From contig CM059432.1 of NCBI GenBank assembly GCA_030390025.1, forward strand, positions 125,614,001 through 125,678,000: a stretch of DNA of 64,000 nucleotides, read 5' to 3'. Origin of the DNA: Squalus acanthias. Taxonomy: Eukaryota. The notes under the pieces are model-generated. The model searched no databases, was not told the DNA's origin, and saw only the letters and a list, made by a program, of their open reading frames with translations. Shown in pieces: positions 63,345 through 64,000 of this stretch. Each line of letters begins with the position of its first letter. Position 1 is the stretch's first letter. A program made the translations under genes and the position numbers.

Positions 63345-63705
63345 GTTGACTAAAACAGCAATTGATACTGCCCAGTATGCATTGAGAAAGGTCCAAGTTT
63401 TTGATCCCTGATGTGTGCTACTAGCTGATCTTAGTTAAGATGACAGTCAAAGTGCTGCATTTCTGGGCAGAGGAAAAACGTTTAGCCAGGGTCTCCACCG
63501 CATGTTGCTATGCAGTGTCCCCCGCTGGGAAGTGAGCATGTGTAGACGTTGGGTGAGGACATGATTGAGCTTGACTGTAACAATCTTGCAGGTTATTAGC
63601 TTGCCGACGCTCACTATCTCGACTCTTTCAAGAAAAATCGTCTCTTGGGTGAGATATCATCCCAGCATGAGTCAGTTCAGCACCTTCAGGACAGGAGGGG
63701 GAAAA
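63345..63705 (+). mobile_element. Possible old tRNA-derived SINE
   Basis: Degenerate B-box-like aggtccaagtttttgatccc followed by gtgtgctactagctgatct. Recognition by eye only. Confidence 0.3.
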
Positions 63706-63811
63706 TGATCAAGCAAAGCTTAGTGATGTAGGAATTGGAAGTGGATTTGTCTAAAGTAAGTAATAAAAATCTCCCTTGAGCTTCCCCCATGTCTCAGTTG
63801 ATTGACACACT

Positions 63812-64000
63812 GGGAGAGAAATTCGGTATCGCCCCGTTTGGGGCGCAACTATCGACTGGGCACAAAGTTCAGTGCCTGGTGCTAATTATCGCCTCTGACT
63901 GCAAACTTGGCTTCTATCGCCCCTGGAGGTGATTGGAGCGCTAAATCAGGCGCTACACACCTCTCTTAAGGCGCTAACGCCGAGGAGCGAGGCGCTACCT
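63812..64000 (+). mobile_element. Left end of another Harbinger of the copy-2 family (runs off the window)
   Basis: TIR gggagagaaattcggt, collinear with 44465-44655. Confidence 0.85.

Overview
Eukaryotic vertebrate DNA, probably a cartilaginous fish (inferred from the DeuSINE/CR1/Penelope repertoire). It consists almost entirely of nested transposable elements, and I recognised no host protein-coding gene. Four full-size PIF/Harbinger transposons each carry a DDE transposase convergent with a 3-exon Myb/SANT-like gene. One of them (44465-48656) looks completely intact and sits inside a 5'-inverted RTE LINE, which itself sits inside an older Harbinger. About ten non-autonomous Harbinger derivatives point to a shared palindromic target (about GACAC-NNN-GTGTC). 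Penelope-like retroelements (RT + GIY-YIG) include a ~1.9 kb near-perfect hairpin insertion, and their terminal repeats carry a minimal hammerhead-ribozyme motif. Also present are many CR1, L2, Tx1 and RTE fragments, DeuSINEs, a Tigger-like MITE, a retroviral-type integrase remnant, and a 26-bp minisatellite derived from a CR1 3' UTR. Boundaries without a stated TSD are approximate, and all family assignments are by eye, without database searches.
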